Assembly (NCBI GenBank): GCA_036336835.1
Contig: JAYZFK010000046.1
Coordinates: 83,789 to 147,788, forward strand
Length of the DNA stretch: 64,000 nucleotides
Source of the DNA: Myxococcota bacterium
GTDB lineage: Bacteria; Myxococcota_A; UBA9160; UBA4427
Direction: 5' to 3'
Shown here: one piece after another, positions 1 through 9,463 of the stretch
How positions within the stretch are numbered: position 1 is the first letter of the stretch
Layout: each line of letters starts with the position of its first letter
Notes under the pieces: generated by a model
The model's input: the letters and a program-made list of their open reading frames with translations, nothing else
Databases searched by the model: none
What the model was told of the DNA's origin: nothing
Made by a program: the position numbers and the translations under genes

Positions 1-2
1 GT

Positions 3-281
3 GCCCGCTTCAGCGATCCATCGTTCGCGAGCACCGGCCGCGACTCGCTCTACTACGTCCGCGCGATCGAGGCCCCGATTCCTACGGTGAACGGCGATCC
101 ACTGCGTTGCACGCGCGACCCGGACGGTGCATGCCGCAGCGTCGATCTGTGCCGCGACGACCGCCGCGACGACTGCTTGGCACCCAACGAGCCACGGGCC
201 TGGTCGTCGCCGATCTACATCGACTACGACCCGCCGAAGGAATGGCCGGTCAGCCGACCCGCTCCCGCCGAAGTGAGCTGA
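3..281 (+). CDS. DUF3604-family protein, C-terminal fragment (5' end outside window)
   Basis: Frame 3 reads ...YYVRAIEAP...RAWSSPIY, matching the YYARVLENP...RAWTSPIWY ends of the two complete paralogs in this window. Confidence 0.75.
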   Translation, partial: ARFSDPSFASTGRDSLYYVRAIEAPIPTVNGDPLRCTRDPDGACRSVDLCRDDRRDDCLAPNEPRAWSSPIYIDYDPPKEWPVSRPAPAEVS

Positions 282-328
282 ACCGCTATGCTCGCGCGCC
301 GCGACCGCCCGAACGCTGGAAAGGACCG

Positions 329-1792
329 ATGCCCGTCGTCTCCTACGGCCACGCTCTGACGCTCCACGCTGAAACCGAGCCGGACCGCGTTGCCATCATC
401 CACGACAACGCCGTCACGACGATCGGCGATCTCGAGCGCGCCGCGCGCAGACGCGCCCGCCTGTTCCTCGAACGCAACGTCGGCATTGGCGATTTCGTCA
501 CGCTCGCTCTTCCCAACTGTGTCGAGTTCTTCGAGGCGACCTTTGCAGCCTGGAAGATCGGCGCCGTGCCGCAGCCCGTGTCGGCGAAGCTTCCGCTGGC
601 CGAGCGAAACGCGATCCTGAAGAGGGCACAGCCGGTCCTCGTCGTCGGTGTGGAAGAGGGAACGCACGCCGGGTTCGAGTGCCTGCCCGCGAGCAGCGAT
701 GTGAGCGGATACGACGATGCTCCGCTTCCGGACGTCGTCGCGCCGAACCGGCAGGCGCTCGCATCCGGCGGCAGCACCGGAACGCCGAAGGTGATCGTCG
801 ACGTGCTGCCCGCCGAAGTCGACCCCGACGAGCCCTTCTACGGCGTCGAGCCGGGACGCACGACGCTGGTTCCGGGACCGCTGTATCACGCCGGCCCGTT
901 CATCAATGGCATGGTCACACTGTTGACCGGAGGCCGCGTGATCCTGATGTCACGCTTCGACGCGGAGCAGACGCTCGCGCTGATCGAGGAGCATCGGATC
1001 GCCTTCGTGAACCTCGTGCCCACCATGCTGCAGCGCATCTGGCGACTGCCCGATGCGACCCGCCTGCGCTACGACCTGTCGTCGCTGAAGAGCGTTTACT
1101 CGAGCGGCGCCGCCTGCCCCGCCTGGCTCAAGCGCGCGTGGATCGACTGGCTCGGCCCCGAGAAGATCTTCGAGGCGTACGGCGCGACGGAGCGTACCGG
1201 GGGCACGATGATCTCGGGAGCCGAGTGGCTCGAACGGCCGGGCTCGGTCGGAAAGCCGACACACGGACGCAAGCTCGAGATCCGCGACGCGAACGGTCGC
1301 GCTCTGCCACCTCACGAAGTGGGCGAGATATACATGATGCCTCCCGGCGGGCAGGGATCGACGTACCGCTACATCGGCGCGGAGGCCCGAGCAAGCGCCG
1401 ACGGCTGGGAGTCGCTCGGCGACATGGGCTACATGGACGCCGAGGGCTACCTATATCTCGTCGATCGTCGCAGCGACATGGTCGTGACCGGCGGGTCCAA
1501 CGTCTACCCGGCCGAGGTCGAAGCTGCGCTGGACTCCCATCCCAACGTGCATTCGAGCGCCGTGATCGGCTTGCCCGATGACGACCTGGGCCAGCGCGTG
1601 CATGCGATCGTCGAGGCGCGTCCACCGGTGGATGAAGAGGAGCTCCGCAAATACCTCGCGGAGTACCTGGTTCGCTACAAGATTCCGCGAACTTTCGAGT
1701 TCGCGGATCAGCCGCTGCGCGACGATGCTGGCAAGCTGCGTCGTTCGAAGCTGCGCGAGGACCGGATCGCCAAGCAGAACACGAACCAATGA
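329..1792 (+). CDS. AMP-binding acyl-CoA synthetase / fatty-acid or bile-acid CoA ligase
   Basis: SGGSTGTPK P-loop, YGATE, GDMGYMD and GGSNVYPAEVE motifs; RBS AAAGGA before ATG 329. Confidence 0.9.
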   Translation: MPVVSYGHALTLHAETEPDRVAIIHDNAVTTIGDLERAARRRARLFLERNVGIGDFVTLALPNCVEFFEATFAAWKIGAVPQPVSAKLPLAERNAILKRAQPVLVVGVEEGTHAGFECLPASSDVSGYDDAPLPDVVAPNRQALASGGSTGTPKVIVDVLPAEVDPDEPFYGVEPGRTTLVPGPLYHAGPFINGMVTLLTGGRVILMSRFDAEQTLALIEEHRIAFVNLVPTMLQRIWRLPDATRLRYDLSSLKSVYSSGAACPAWLKRAWIDWLGPEKIFEAYGATERTGGTMISGAEWLERPGSVGKPTHGRKLEIRDANGRALPPHEVGEIYMMPPGGQGSTYRYIGAEARASADGWESLGDMGYMDAEGYLYLVDRRSDMVVTGGSNVYPAEVEAALDSHPNVHSSAVIGLPDDDLGQRVHAIVEARPPVDEEELRKYLAEYLVRYKIPRTFEFADQPLRDDAGKLRRSKLREDRIAKQNTNQ

Positions 1793-1845
1793 CGCGTCGC
1801 GGGCCTCGACCTCGTCCCGGGCCGCACGGCCGCTCCCGACCGCGC

Positions 1846-2601
1846 TCAGGCCAGTCGGTACTCGAGCTCGGAGAGATCGGCGAGTTCGAGATCCGGCGCC
1901 GGGCCGTCGAACGCCGCGAGTGCCGCATCGCGATCGCGGACACTGCGAGTGATCCAGGCCGTGCGCATTCCGACCGCTGCGGCACCGGCGACGTCGGCGC
2001 CGAGCCGGTCCCCGACGTGCAGGATACGCTCGGCTGAGACGCCGATCCGCTCGACAACGACATCGAAGATCCCGCGCTCCGGCTTGCGCACGTCGACCTC
2101 GTCCGAGATCGCCAACGCATCGAAGCTCTCCCGCAGGTCCCGTTCCTCGAGGATGCGGATCGCCGTCGGCGAGTGACTGAAGTTCGAGCACAGCGCGATT
2201 CGGAAGCGCTCGTGCAGCCGCCGCAGCAGCACCGGGTGGTGACTCGGCATCGTCGTGTGGGCGCGGATCATACCGAGGTGGAGCGCGCCGAGCTCGGCCG
2301 CCATCGACCGGTCGGCAATCCCCAGACGCGCGACGATCTCGTCGAAGCGCTCCTGGTTCGGGAGCTCGCGACCCGCGTCCCAGCGCGGTCGCCTCAGCTC
2401 GCGATCCACCTCCCCCATCACCTTGAGAAAGGCCGCAAGCTCGATCGTGTGGCGCGTGATCAGGTGATCGTGCAACACCCCTGCAGTCGAGGGGACGCTT
2501 CGGCCGTTCCACTCGATCCGCGGCAGGCGTTCGAGCTCGCCGTCGACCAACGTCTCGAACAGATCGAACGAGATCGCCTCGATGTTCCCGATCGCTCCCA
2601 C
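1846..2601 (-). CDS. HAD-superfamily hydrolase
   Basis: FDLFETLVD motif I, RKPERGIF, HVGDRLGADVAGA. Confidence 0.85.
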   Translation of the reverse strand: MGAIGNIEAISFDLFETLVDGELERLPRIEWNGRSVPSTAGVLHDHLITRHTIELAAFLKVMGEVDRELRRPRWDAGRELPNQERFDEIVARLGIADRSMAAELGALHLGMIRAHTTMPSHHPVLLRRLHERFRIALCSNFSHSPTAIRILEERDLRESFDALAISDEVDVRKPERGIFDVVVERIGVSAERILHVGDRLGADVAGAAAVGMRTAWITRSVRDRDAALAAFDGPAPDLELADLSELEYRLA

Positions 2602-2694
2602 TCTGCTCCCGAGCTCGCAGCCGCGAGCGAATCACGGAAGGGTATCGGCTGCGATAGCGCTGCAGCAAACTCCGCGGGCCGTATACTCCGCCCC

Positions 2695-3045
2695 ATGCGA
2701 TCGCTCCTCATCGTTGGCGGCATGTGCGCGGCCATCCTCGCCTGCGCCGAGCCCGAGCAATCCCCGCAGTCACCGCCAATCATGCCGATCGAGGGAGCCC
2801 AGCTCGACGCGATGCAACGCAACCTTCGCAAGTTGCGCCTCGCTCCCCCGGTCTGGGCCAACGTCGAGCGCAGCCGGGACGAAACGCGCGTCGTCATCCA
2901 CGCGCGCGTCGATGGACTCTCGCGGGAGACCCGCACCAGATACTGCGGCATGGCGATCTCCGCAATGAAGGCGGAGCTCCATCAGGGCCAGCAACTCGAG
3001 ATCTATCTGATCGACGTCGACGACGGCGTGCTGGCCTGTCGCTAG
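2695..3045 (+). CDS. Hypothetical lipoprotein
   Basis: MRSLLIVGGMCAAILAC lipobox-like signal; TATACT 7 nt upstream of ATG. Confidence 0.6.
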   Translation: MRSLLIVGGMCAAILACAEPEQSPQSPPIMPIEGAQLDAMQRNLRKLRLAPPVWANVERSRDETRVVIHARVDGLSRETRTRYCGMAISAMKAELHQGQQLEIYLIDVDDGVLACR

Positions 3046-3069
3046 GAGCGGAGCACTCAGCCCGCCTGC

Positions 3070-4725
3070 TCACACCCGCATGATCAGTCCACCGGCGAAT
3101 GCCAGCAGCACATTTGCGAATGCGTAGGTCCCCACGTAGCCGAGCGCGGGAACTGCGCTGTCCGCCTGTGCACGCACCTGCTGCAGTGCGGCTGTACTCG
3201 TCATCGCTCCCGTAACGGCCCCGAGCAGGAGCGCAGCATTCATCTTGAACGCGAGACGTCCGACCGCAAAGCTGATCAGCATCGGAACGACCGTGATCAC
3301 GATGCCGCTCGCGATCAGCGTGGGCCCCACCGACCGGAAGGTCTCGAGGATGGCCGACCCCGCGCTAACGGCGACCTCCGCCATGAACAGCAGGAGACCG
3401 AGCTCCATCAACGCAAAGCGAGCGGCGACGGGCAGTCGGCCGAACGACGGCCGTCGCGAGCGCAGCCAGCCGAACAGCAGGCCCGCGAGCAGCACACCTC
3501 CGGCCGTACCGAGACCGAGCGTCGTGGCCCGGAAGGTCAGCGTGAACGTGCCCACGAAGATTCCGAGTGCAATGCCGAATACGAGCGCGAGTAGATCGGT
3601 CTCGTGAACCGATGCCTCCTGGTGGCCGAGCCGATTCGCGACCTCGTCGAGATCGGAGATCGCGCCGGTGAGCAGCAGCCGATCCCCGACGTGCAGCGAG
3701 AGGTCAGCCCGCCGCGGCAGCATGACGCCCGTGCGGGTGATTTCGGTCAGCCAGCAACCGTACGCCCGCGCGAGGTCGAGATCCTGGAGTGTCTTGCCTT
3801 CGATGTCATCGTTCGAGATCACGATGCTGCGAGATTCCATCGATCGATCGAGCACATCGGCATCGACGACCTCCGTGCCGATCCGCTCGCTCGCTTGATC
3901 GTGCAGGCGCGGAAGGGCGACGATCGAGACCACGTCCCCGATTGCGAGATACGTGTTCGGCTCCGGCGAGAAGATCTCGTCGTTGCGCTTGATCAGCTGG
4001 ATCTCGTAGGGAAGGCTGAGGTCGCGTGCGCCGTACGCGGCCCGCGTCGCCCGCTCTTTCTCCACCCGATAGGAGCGAATGGTCGGTAGCTCGGCCGGAC
4101 CCGAATCCTCTTCGTCGAAGTTGCCGAGGCCGAGCTTCGCGGCCTCGGCAGCGAGATCGATCCCGCAGAGCTTCGGGACAAAGGCGATCGTGAGCACCAG
4201 CCCACCCATCCCGAACACATAGGTGATGGCGTAGGCCGCAGAGATGTTGGCGAGCACATCGTCGGCCGTCATCCCGTCCGGCAGCTGCACACCCTGTGCG
4301 AGCGCGTCCTGCGCTGCAACCAGGGTCGGAGTACTCGTCAGCCCGCCGGCCAGTGCCCCCGCGGCAACACCCAGCTCGAAATCGAAGATGCGCTCGATCC
4401 CCGTAGCAAGGCCGAGGCCCGTCGCAGCGGTGATCACCGACAATACGGCATAGCGAGTGCCGTCTTGCTTGAAGACACGTACGACCTCCGGGCCCGCCTG
4501 CATCCCCACGCAGTAGATGAACAGCGTGAAGCCGATGCTGTGCGACGAGACCGGGATCTCGAGCCCGCGGTGTCCGATCACGAGCCCGATCACCAACACG
4601 CCAGTGACGGCGCCGATCTCGACTCCGGCGATTCGGAGACGTCCGAGCAACAATCCCAGGCCCAGCAGCAGGAAGAGGACCAGAGGCGGATTCGCCCGTA
4701 GCAACTCGAGGATATCGATGTCCAC
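3070..4725 (-). CDS. AspT/YidE/YbjL-family transporter with two TrkA-C domains
   Basis: Duplicated GGLTSTPTL / GAMTSTAAL membrane domains flanking a soluble region; about 551 aa from GTG 4725. Confidence 0.85.
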   Translation of the reverse strand: MDIDILELLRANPPLVLFLLLGLGLLLGRLRIAGVEIGAVTGVLVIGLVIGHRGLEIPVSSHSIGFTLFIYCVGMQAGPEVVRVFKQDGTRYAVLSVITAATGLGLATGIERIFDFELGVAAGALAGGLTSTPTLVAAQDALAQGVQLPDGMTADDVLANISAAYAITYVFGMGGLVLTIAFVPKLCGIDLAAEAAKLGLGNFDEEDSGPAELPTIRSYRVEKERATRAAYGARDLSLPYEIQLIKRNDEIFSPEPNTYLAIGDVVSIVALPRLHDQASERIGTEVVDADVLDRSMESRSIVISNDDIEGKTLQDLDLARAYGCWLTEITRTGVMLPRRADLSLHVGDRLLLTGAISDLDEVANRLGHQEASVHETDLLALVFGIALGIFVGTFTLTFRATTLGLGTAGGVLLAGLLFGWLRSRRPSFGRLPVAARFALMELGLLLFMAEVAVSAGSAILETFRSVGPTLIASGIVITVVPMLISFAVGRLAFKMNAALLLGAVTGAMTSTAALQQVRAQADSAVPALGYVGTYAFANVLLAFAGGLIMRV

Positions 4726-4735
4726 GATTCGTACG

Positions 4736-5235
4736 CTAGTCGCGCGGCTTCTGCTGCGGCGGGAAATTCGCCAGCATGTCGTCAGCGCCTGGCGCAGTCT
4801 CGCGCGACGTTCCTCGATCGCACTACCGACGTAGAACGGCGCGCGTCCCCAACCCGTCCACACGCGGCGGCCGGCCGGATCCACCAACAGCAGCGACAGC
4901 CCCGCCGTCGAGCTCGAGCGATCCGCCGCGATGAACGTATCGACCCGCAGGTGGTAGGAGAGCAGGTAGTCGGGCTCCCCGGCGTTGGCGCGGCGATAGC
5001 CCCTCGCCGCGAAGGCGGCCTCGGCTTCCTCCTCGATCGCCTGACCGAGAACGGCAGTATTGAGCTCCGGATCTCGCGGCAGCGAGATATTGGCGCGATC
5101 CCACGCAAAGCTCGCCGCGGCGGGGAAGCGCACCAGGGGATCGAAGGCGGTCGAGACGGGAATCCGACCTCCGGCGGACGCGCACCCGAGTCCAAGTAGG
5201 ATGCCCCAGAGCCAGACCATCAGCGCCCGACGCAT
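4736..5235 (-). pseudogene. DUF4136 lipoprotein with a single-base frameshift near 4784 (or an assembly error)
   Basis: Lipobox LGLGC; the expected tail DDMLANFPPQQKPRD* lies in the shifted frame and ends at TAG 4738-4736. Confidence 0.7.
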
Positions 5236-5299
5236 GATTTCTCTCCCGACCATATTCGTGACCGGGCCTCATGATAACGTGCTGTCGCGGGGAACGTGC

Positions 5300-6790
5300 A
5301 TGCAGCGATTCAGACGAGCCAGTGGCAGATCCAGTTCCGGGGGCTTTCGCGTCACAAGCTTGATCGCGGTCGGTGCGCTTGCCGCGTGCACAGTCGGCGG
5401 ATTCGAAATCGGACGCAGCCGGGAAATCGAACGCGGCGAGCAGGCTGCCGCGGCGATCGAGGAGCAAATCGGGCTGGTCGATCACCCTGCGCTCCAACAA
5501 TACATCGAAGCCGTCGGGCGTCGGCTGGCCGAGACATCGCCGCGCACGGGTCTCGCGTACCAGTTCCGTCTGCTCGACATGCCGGATCCGAACGCCTTTG
5601 CGCTGCCGGGCGGCGGCGTCTTCGTGACCCGCGGATTGCTCGTGTACTTGAACGACGAAGACGAGCTCGCCTCGGTGCTCGGACACGAGATCGGCCACGT
5701 CGTCGCGCGTCACCACGCCAAACAGGTGCTCCGCAGCGCCCCCCTCGCCCCGCTGCGAATCGCAACGGGCATCGGAGGCGCCCTCGCCGCGGTCGTGAGT
5801 CCCACGCTCGGACACACCCTTAGTGCCACCGGCCAGCTCGCCAGCGCGCTCGTGCTTGCACCGTACAGTCGCGAGCAGGAGCGCGAAGCCGATCGCATCG
5901 GCCAACGACTCGCCGCCGACTCGGGCTGGAACCCAGACGCGATGTCGGCCTTCATGGAAACGCTGGGACGCGAGGAGGAGCTGCGCGGCGGCGACCCGAA
6001 CCGAGCCTCCTTCCTTGCGACCCATCCCGCGAGCGCCGAACGAGGCCGCGCGGCTCACCGGTACGCCGCCGAGCTGGTGCGCAGCGAGCGCGCTCCGATC
6101 GCGCCGGGACGCCGCGCCTTCCTCGACCGACTGGTCGGCATCCTCGTCGGGAGGAGCGCGGACGAGGGTGTCTTCGACGGCAACGATTTCCTGCACCCGG
6201 GCCTGGAGTTTGCAGTGACACTGCCGGCCGGCTGGGAGCAGCTGAACCAGGACGATTACGTCGGCGCTCTGGAGCGCGAACACAGCTGGGGTGTAATCGT
6301 CGCGGTTGCCGCCGAGGGAGACGACCCGATGGCGGTCGCGCGTGAAGCGGGCCGCCGGCTTCGCTCCACGCACGCAGCCGAGGCGACTGAGATCAGCGGC
6401 CTCCGGGCGGCCCGCAGCCGCGCCCGCGAGAGCAACGTCTCGGCCGAACTCACCTGGATCTCGCATGGCGGCCTCGTGTACCTGGTCAACGGCTTCGCAC
6501 CCACGCGTGACTTCGCGCGGGTACACCCGCAGCTGCGTCGCGCGGCCGACAGCTTTCGCGCGCTGTCGGCTGGCGAGCGCAGCAGGATCCGCGAGGACCA
6601 GCTCGCCGTCGCGGAGGCGCGGGCAGACGAAACCCTTGCAACGCTGCTCGAGCGTCAGGGCAGTCGCTGGACCGCTGACGAGGCGGCCATCGCCAACGCT
6701 ATCCTGCCCAACACTCGCCTCGGCACGGGGCAACCGCTCAAGATCACCCGCCCCGTTCCGATGCCGAACCGGCCTGGAGAAACACGATGA
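5300..6790 (+). CDS. M48-family metalloprotease with C-terminal LysM-like domain, probable lipoprotein
   Basis: PNAFALPGG, HEIGH zinc motif, YSREQEREAD, FLATHP; start approximate. Confidence 0.88.
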   Translation: MQRFRRASGRSSSGGFRVTSLIAVGALAACTVGGFEIGRSREIERGEQAAAAIEEQIGLVDHPALQQYIEAVGRRLAETSPRTGLAYQFRLLDMPDPNAFALPGGGVFVTRGLLVYLNDEDELASVLGHEIGHVVARHHAKQVLRSAPLAPLRIATGIGGALAAVVSPTLGHTLSATGQLASALVLAPYSREQEREADRIGQRLAADSGWNPDAMSAFMETLGREEELRGGDPNRASFLATHPASAERGRAAHRYAAELVRSERAPIAPGRRAFLDRLVGILVGRSADEGVFDGNDFLHPGLEFAVTLPAGWEQLNQDDYVGALEREHSWGVIVAVAAEGDDPMAVAREAGRRLRSTHAAEATEISGLRAARSRARESNVSAELTWISHGGLVYLVNGFAPTRDFARVHPQLRRAADSFRALSAGERSRIREDQLAVAEARADETLATLLERQGSRWTADEAAIANAILPNTRLGTGQPLKITRPVPMPNRPGETR

Positions 6791-7344
6791 ACCCGATCTT
6801 CCTCGGCTCTGCGACCTTGGCGGTCGCGTTGACGGCGTCCCTGGCGGGCTGCACGAGCTTCCCCGTCGAGACCGACTACGACCCCGAGATCGATTTCGGC
6901 TCGCTCGGGAGCTACGGGTGGCTCGAGGCGAAGCGCGAGAAGACCGGCGATCCACGCATCGACAACGATCTCCTCGATGCGCGCGTCCGCCGCGCGGTCG
7001 ACGCGGCGCTGGCGGCCAAGGGCTACCGCAAGACCGAGGGCGAATCGGCCGACTTCGAAGTCACCTATCACGTCGGTGTCGAGCGGCAGGTCGACGTCCA
7101 GACCTATGTCGACTCCTACCCGCGCGGCTACCGCTGGTACTCTGGCCCAACTCAAGCCTACACCACCGTACGCGAGTACGATGTCGGCTCGCTCGTGCTC
7201 GACATCGTCAGTCCGAGCGAGAAGCAGCTGATCTGGCGCGGCGCGACCCAGGCGCGGATCAACGACGCCGGCACTCCCGAACAGCGCGAGAAGCGCGCGC
7301 GCGCCGCGGTCGACGCGATCCTCGCGAAGTTTCCGCCGCAATGA
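6787..7344 (+). CDS. DUF4136 domain lipoprotein
   Basis: LAGC lipobox, DYDP, GSLVLDIV...LIWRG, C-terminal KFPPQ. Confidence 0.85.
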   Translation: MNPIFLGSATLAVALTASLAGCTSFPVETDYDPEIDFGSLGSYGWLEAKREKTGDPRIDNDLLDARVRRAVDAALAAKGYRKTEGESADFEVTYHVGVERQVDVQTYVDSYPRGYRWYSGPTQAYTTVREYDVGSLVLDIVSPSEKQLIWRGATQARINDAGTPEQREKRARAAVDAILAKFPPQ

Positions 7345-7904
7345 GTCGCCGGTTCGCCGTGCTGCTCTCGATCGTCCTCGCAAGCCTGGCTTCGTGCACG
7401 GGACTTCGCGAGCCGCCCATCGAGATCGATTTCGAGTTCGACCGCCGGGCGCGATTCGATGGACTCGAGAGCTTCGATTTTCACGTGCTTCCAGATTCGG
7501 CGCCGAGCGACGAGCGCATCGACGGACCCCTGTTCAATGCGCGGGTGCAGCGCGCTGTGCAGAGCGTGCTCGAGGAACGGGGCTTCACGCGCGACGCGAG
7601 CGGAGAGCCCGACTTCCTGATCGTCCACTACGGCATCCTCGACACCGGAGTGGACATCCAGCGCTACGTCGATCTCGAGCTCTTTGGCTACCGCTCCTGG
7701 GTGCAGCCGATGCGGACCAAGGAGATCGTGACAGACTACGACGAAGGCATGTTGATCCTCGACGTCATCGACCCGGCGTCGCGGGCACTGATGTGGCGCG
7801 GCTACGGCGAGACTCGCGTCAACCCCGGTGCCGCGTCGGCCAAGCGAGCGGCTCGAATGCGTCGCGTGGTGGCGGAGATGCTCGCGAACTTCCCGCCGCG
7901 CTGA
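7341..7904 (+). CDS. DUF4136 domain lipoprotein
   Basis: LASC lipobox, EGMLILDVID...LMWRG, C-terminal NFPPR; ATGA overlap with the previous gene. Confidence 0.85.
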   Translation: MSRRFAVLLSIVLASLASCTGLREPPIEIDFEFDRRARFDGLESFDFHVLPDSAPSDERIDGPLFNARVQRAVQSVLEERGFTRDASGEPDFLIVHYGILDTGVDIQRYVDLELFGYRSWVQPMRTKEIVTDYDEGMLILDVIDPASRALMWRGYGETRVNPGAASAKRAARMRRVVAEMLANFPPR

Positions 7905-7907
7905 GCG

Positions 7908-8180
7908 TCACGGCTCGACTGGCACCTGCCGCCAACCCCGATCGGTCATACAGACCATGAACGCACTGCCCTTTGCAACGTGATCGAAGCGCTTCGTCGC
8001 GGCCGAGGTGTGCGCGGCCTCCTCGAGGCAGGCCCGCCGATCGGTCTCGAAGTCGTGATCTCCCGCGCCGGTCCTCGTCCATCGAGCCTTGGGCTCGGGC
8101 GCCGGAGTGCTGCACGCGACGAGTCCGATCCCAGCGATCGACCCGACGAGAGCAAGCGCGGCAACCATCGCTCGATGCAT
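7908..8180 (-). CDS. Small hypothetical lipoprotein
   Basis: LVAC lipobox, Cys pair (DRRAC...CMTDRGW), RBS GAGGAG. Confidence 0.7.
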   Translation of the reverse strand: MHRAMVAALALVGSIAGIGLVACSTPAPEPKARWTRTGAGDHDFETDRRACLEEAAHTSAATKRFDHVAKGSAFMVCMTDRGWRQVPVEP

Positions 8181-8324
8181 ACCGTTTCTCCTCGCGACGA
8201 CCGCAGGCTAGCAGGCGCAGAGGCAGTCGGCCGGATGCAAAACCAACTGCAGGCCATCGCGCATTCGTGGTATAGCTGAGCATTCTCCACGCGTCTGGCC
8301 GGGTTTTGCACGGAAGGAATCCAC

Positions 8325-9449
8325 ATGAAGTTCTCGATGATCTTCGAAGCACAAATCGTCGACACGTCTCGCAAGGCTGAATTCCAGATCATGCACGAGT
8401 GCGTCGAGCAGGCCGTGCTCGCGGAGGAGGTCGGCTTCGACAAGGTGTGGGCTGTCGAACACCACTGCCTCCAGTGGTACGCGCACATGAGCGCGCCCGA
8501 GACCTTCCTGGCCTTCGTCGCCGCGAAAACCGAGCGCATCCGCATCGGTCACGGTGTGGTCTGCCTGCCCTTCCGCATGAACCACCCGGTCAAGGTCGCC
8601 GAGCGGGTTGCGATGCTCGACATCCTGTCGAAGGGGCGCGTCGAGTTCGGCATCGGCAAGGGCGGGACCCCGCAGGAGGCCGGCGCTTTCCAGACCGAGA
8701 TCGACGAGATCCCGTCCCAGCTCGAAGAGTCGGCGCGCATGATTCCCGACATGTGGATGAACGAGTTCTACGAGCATCACAGCGAGACATTCGACATGCC
8801 CTCGCGGCCGATCCTGCCCAAGCCGCACCAGGAGCCGCACCCACCGATGTACCTGGCCTGCACCCGCGAAACGACGCTGAACCAGGCTGGCGAGTGGGGA
8901 CTCGGCGCGCTCGTACTCGGCTTCGGTGGCCCCGAGGACATCGCTAAGAAGAATGAGGTCTACCGCGCCGCGGTGAAGCGACGCACCGCCGAGTCGCAGA
9001 TCCCGCGCTTCCCGGTCGAGCACCTGTCCGCGCTCTGCCCCGCGATCGTACTCGACGACGAGCAGAAGGCGCGCGCCATCGGTTACCGCGGCCAACGCTA
9101 CTTTACCGAGGCGATCGGCTACTGGTACGACCACACGGGCCAAGCCCAGCCACCGCGCGCCGAGATCGCCGACATGGACGACCGCGAGGTCCTCGAACAC
9201 GCCGGCGAGACGCTCGTCGCCTACCTCAACGAAGAGAAAATAGAGGTCGGGACCGAGGCCACTGGCATGTACAACCCGAACCACGCCTACGGCGGAGCCG
9301 AGGACGCAATCGGCTATGTCGAACGTCTGGTCGACGCCGGAGCCGACGAGATCATGTTCTTGATCCAGATGGGAACAGTCCCGCAGTGGGCCGCCCTCGA
9401 TACCATCCGAAACCTGGGAGAGAAGGTAATCCCCAACTTCCGGAGCTAG
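8325..9449 (+). CDS. LLM-class (luciferase-like) flavin-dependent oxidoreductase
   Basis: GFDKVWAVEHH, HPVKVAERVAMLDILSKGRVEFGIG; RBS AAGGA. Confidence 0.92.
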   Translation: MKFSMIFEAQIVDTSRKAEFQIMHECVEQAVLAEEVGFDKVWAVEHHCLQWYAHMSAPETFLAFVAAKTERIRIGHGVVCLPFRMNHPVKVAERVAMLDILSKGRVEFGIGKGGTPQEAGAFQTEIDEIPSQLEESARMIPDMWMNEFYEHHSETFDMPSRPILPKPHQEPHPPMYLACTRETTLNQAGEWGLGALVLGFGGPEDIAKKNEVYRAAVKRRTAESQIPRFPVEHLSALCPAIVLDDEQKARAIGYRGQRYFTEAIGYWYDHTGQAQPPRAEIADMDDREVLEHAGETLVAYLNEEKIEVGTEATGMYNPNHAYGGAEDAIGYVERLVDAGADEIMFLIQMGTVPQWAALDTIRNLGEKVIPNFRS

Positions 9450-9463
9450 GCAGAGCGCGGACC

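Noticed and set aside
3070..5253. 727-aa ORF as a single genuine protein
   Set aside because: Better explained as two genes joined by a one-base frameshift
4823..6955. Long antisense or alternate-frame ORFs (also 13878-15944, 21672-23843, 38596-40971)
   Set aside because: Shadows of real genes caused by high-GC codon bias; Arg/Ala/Pro-rich with no recognisable motifs
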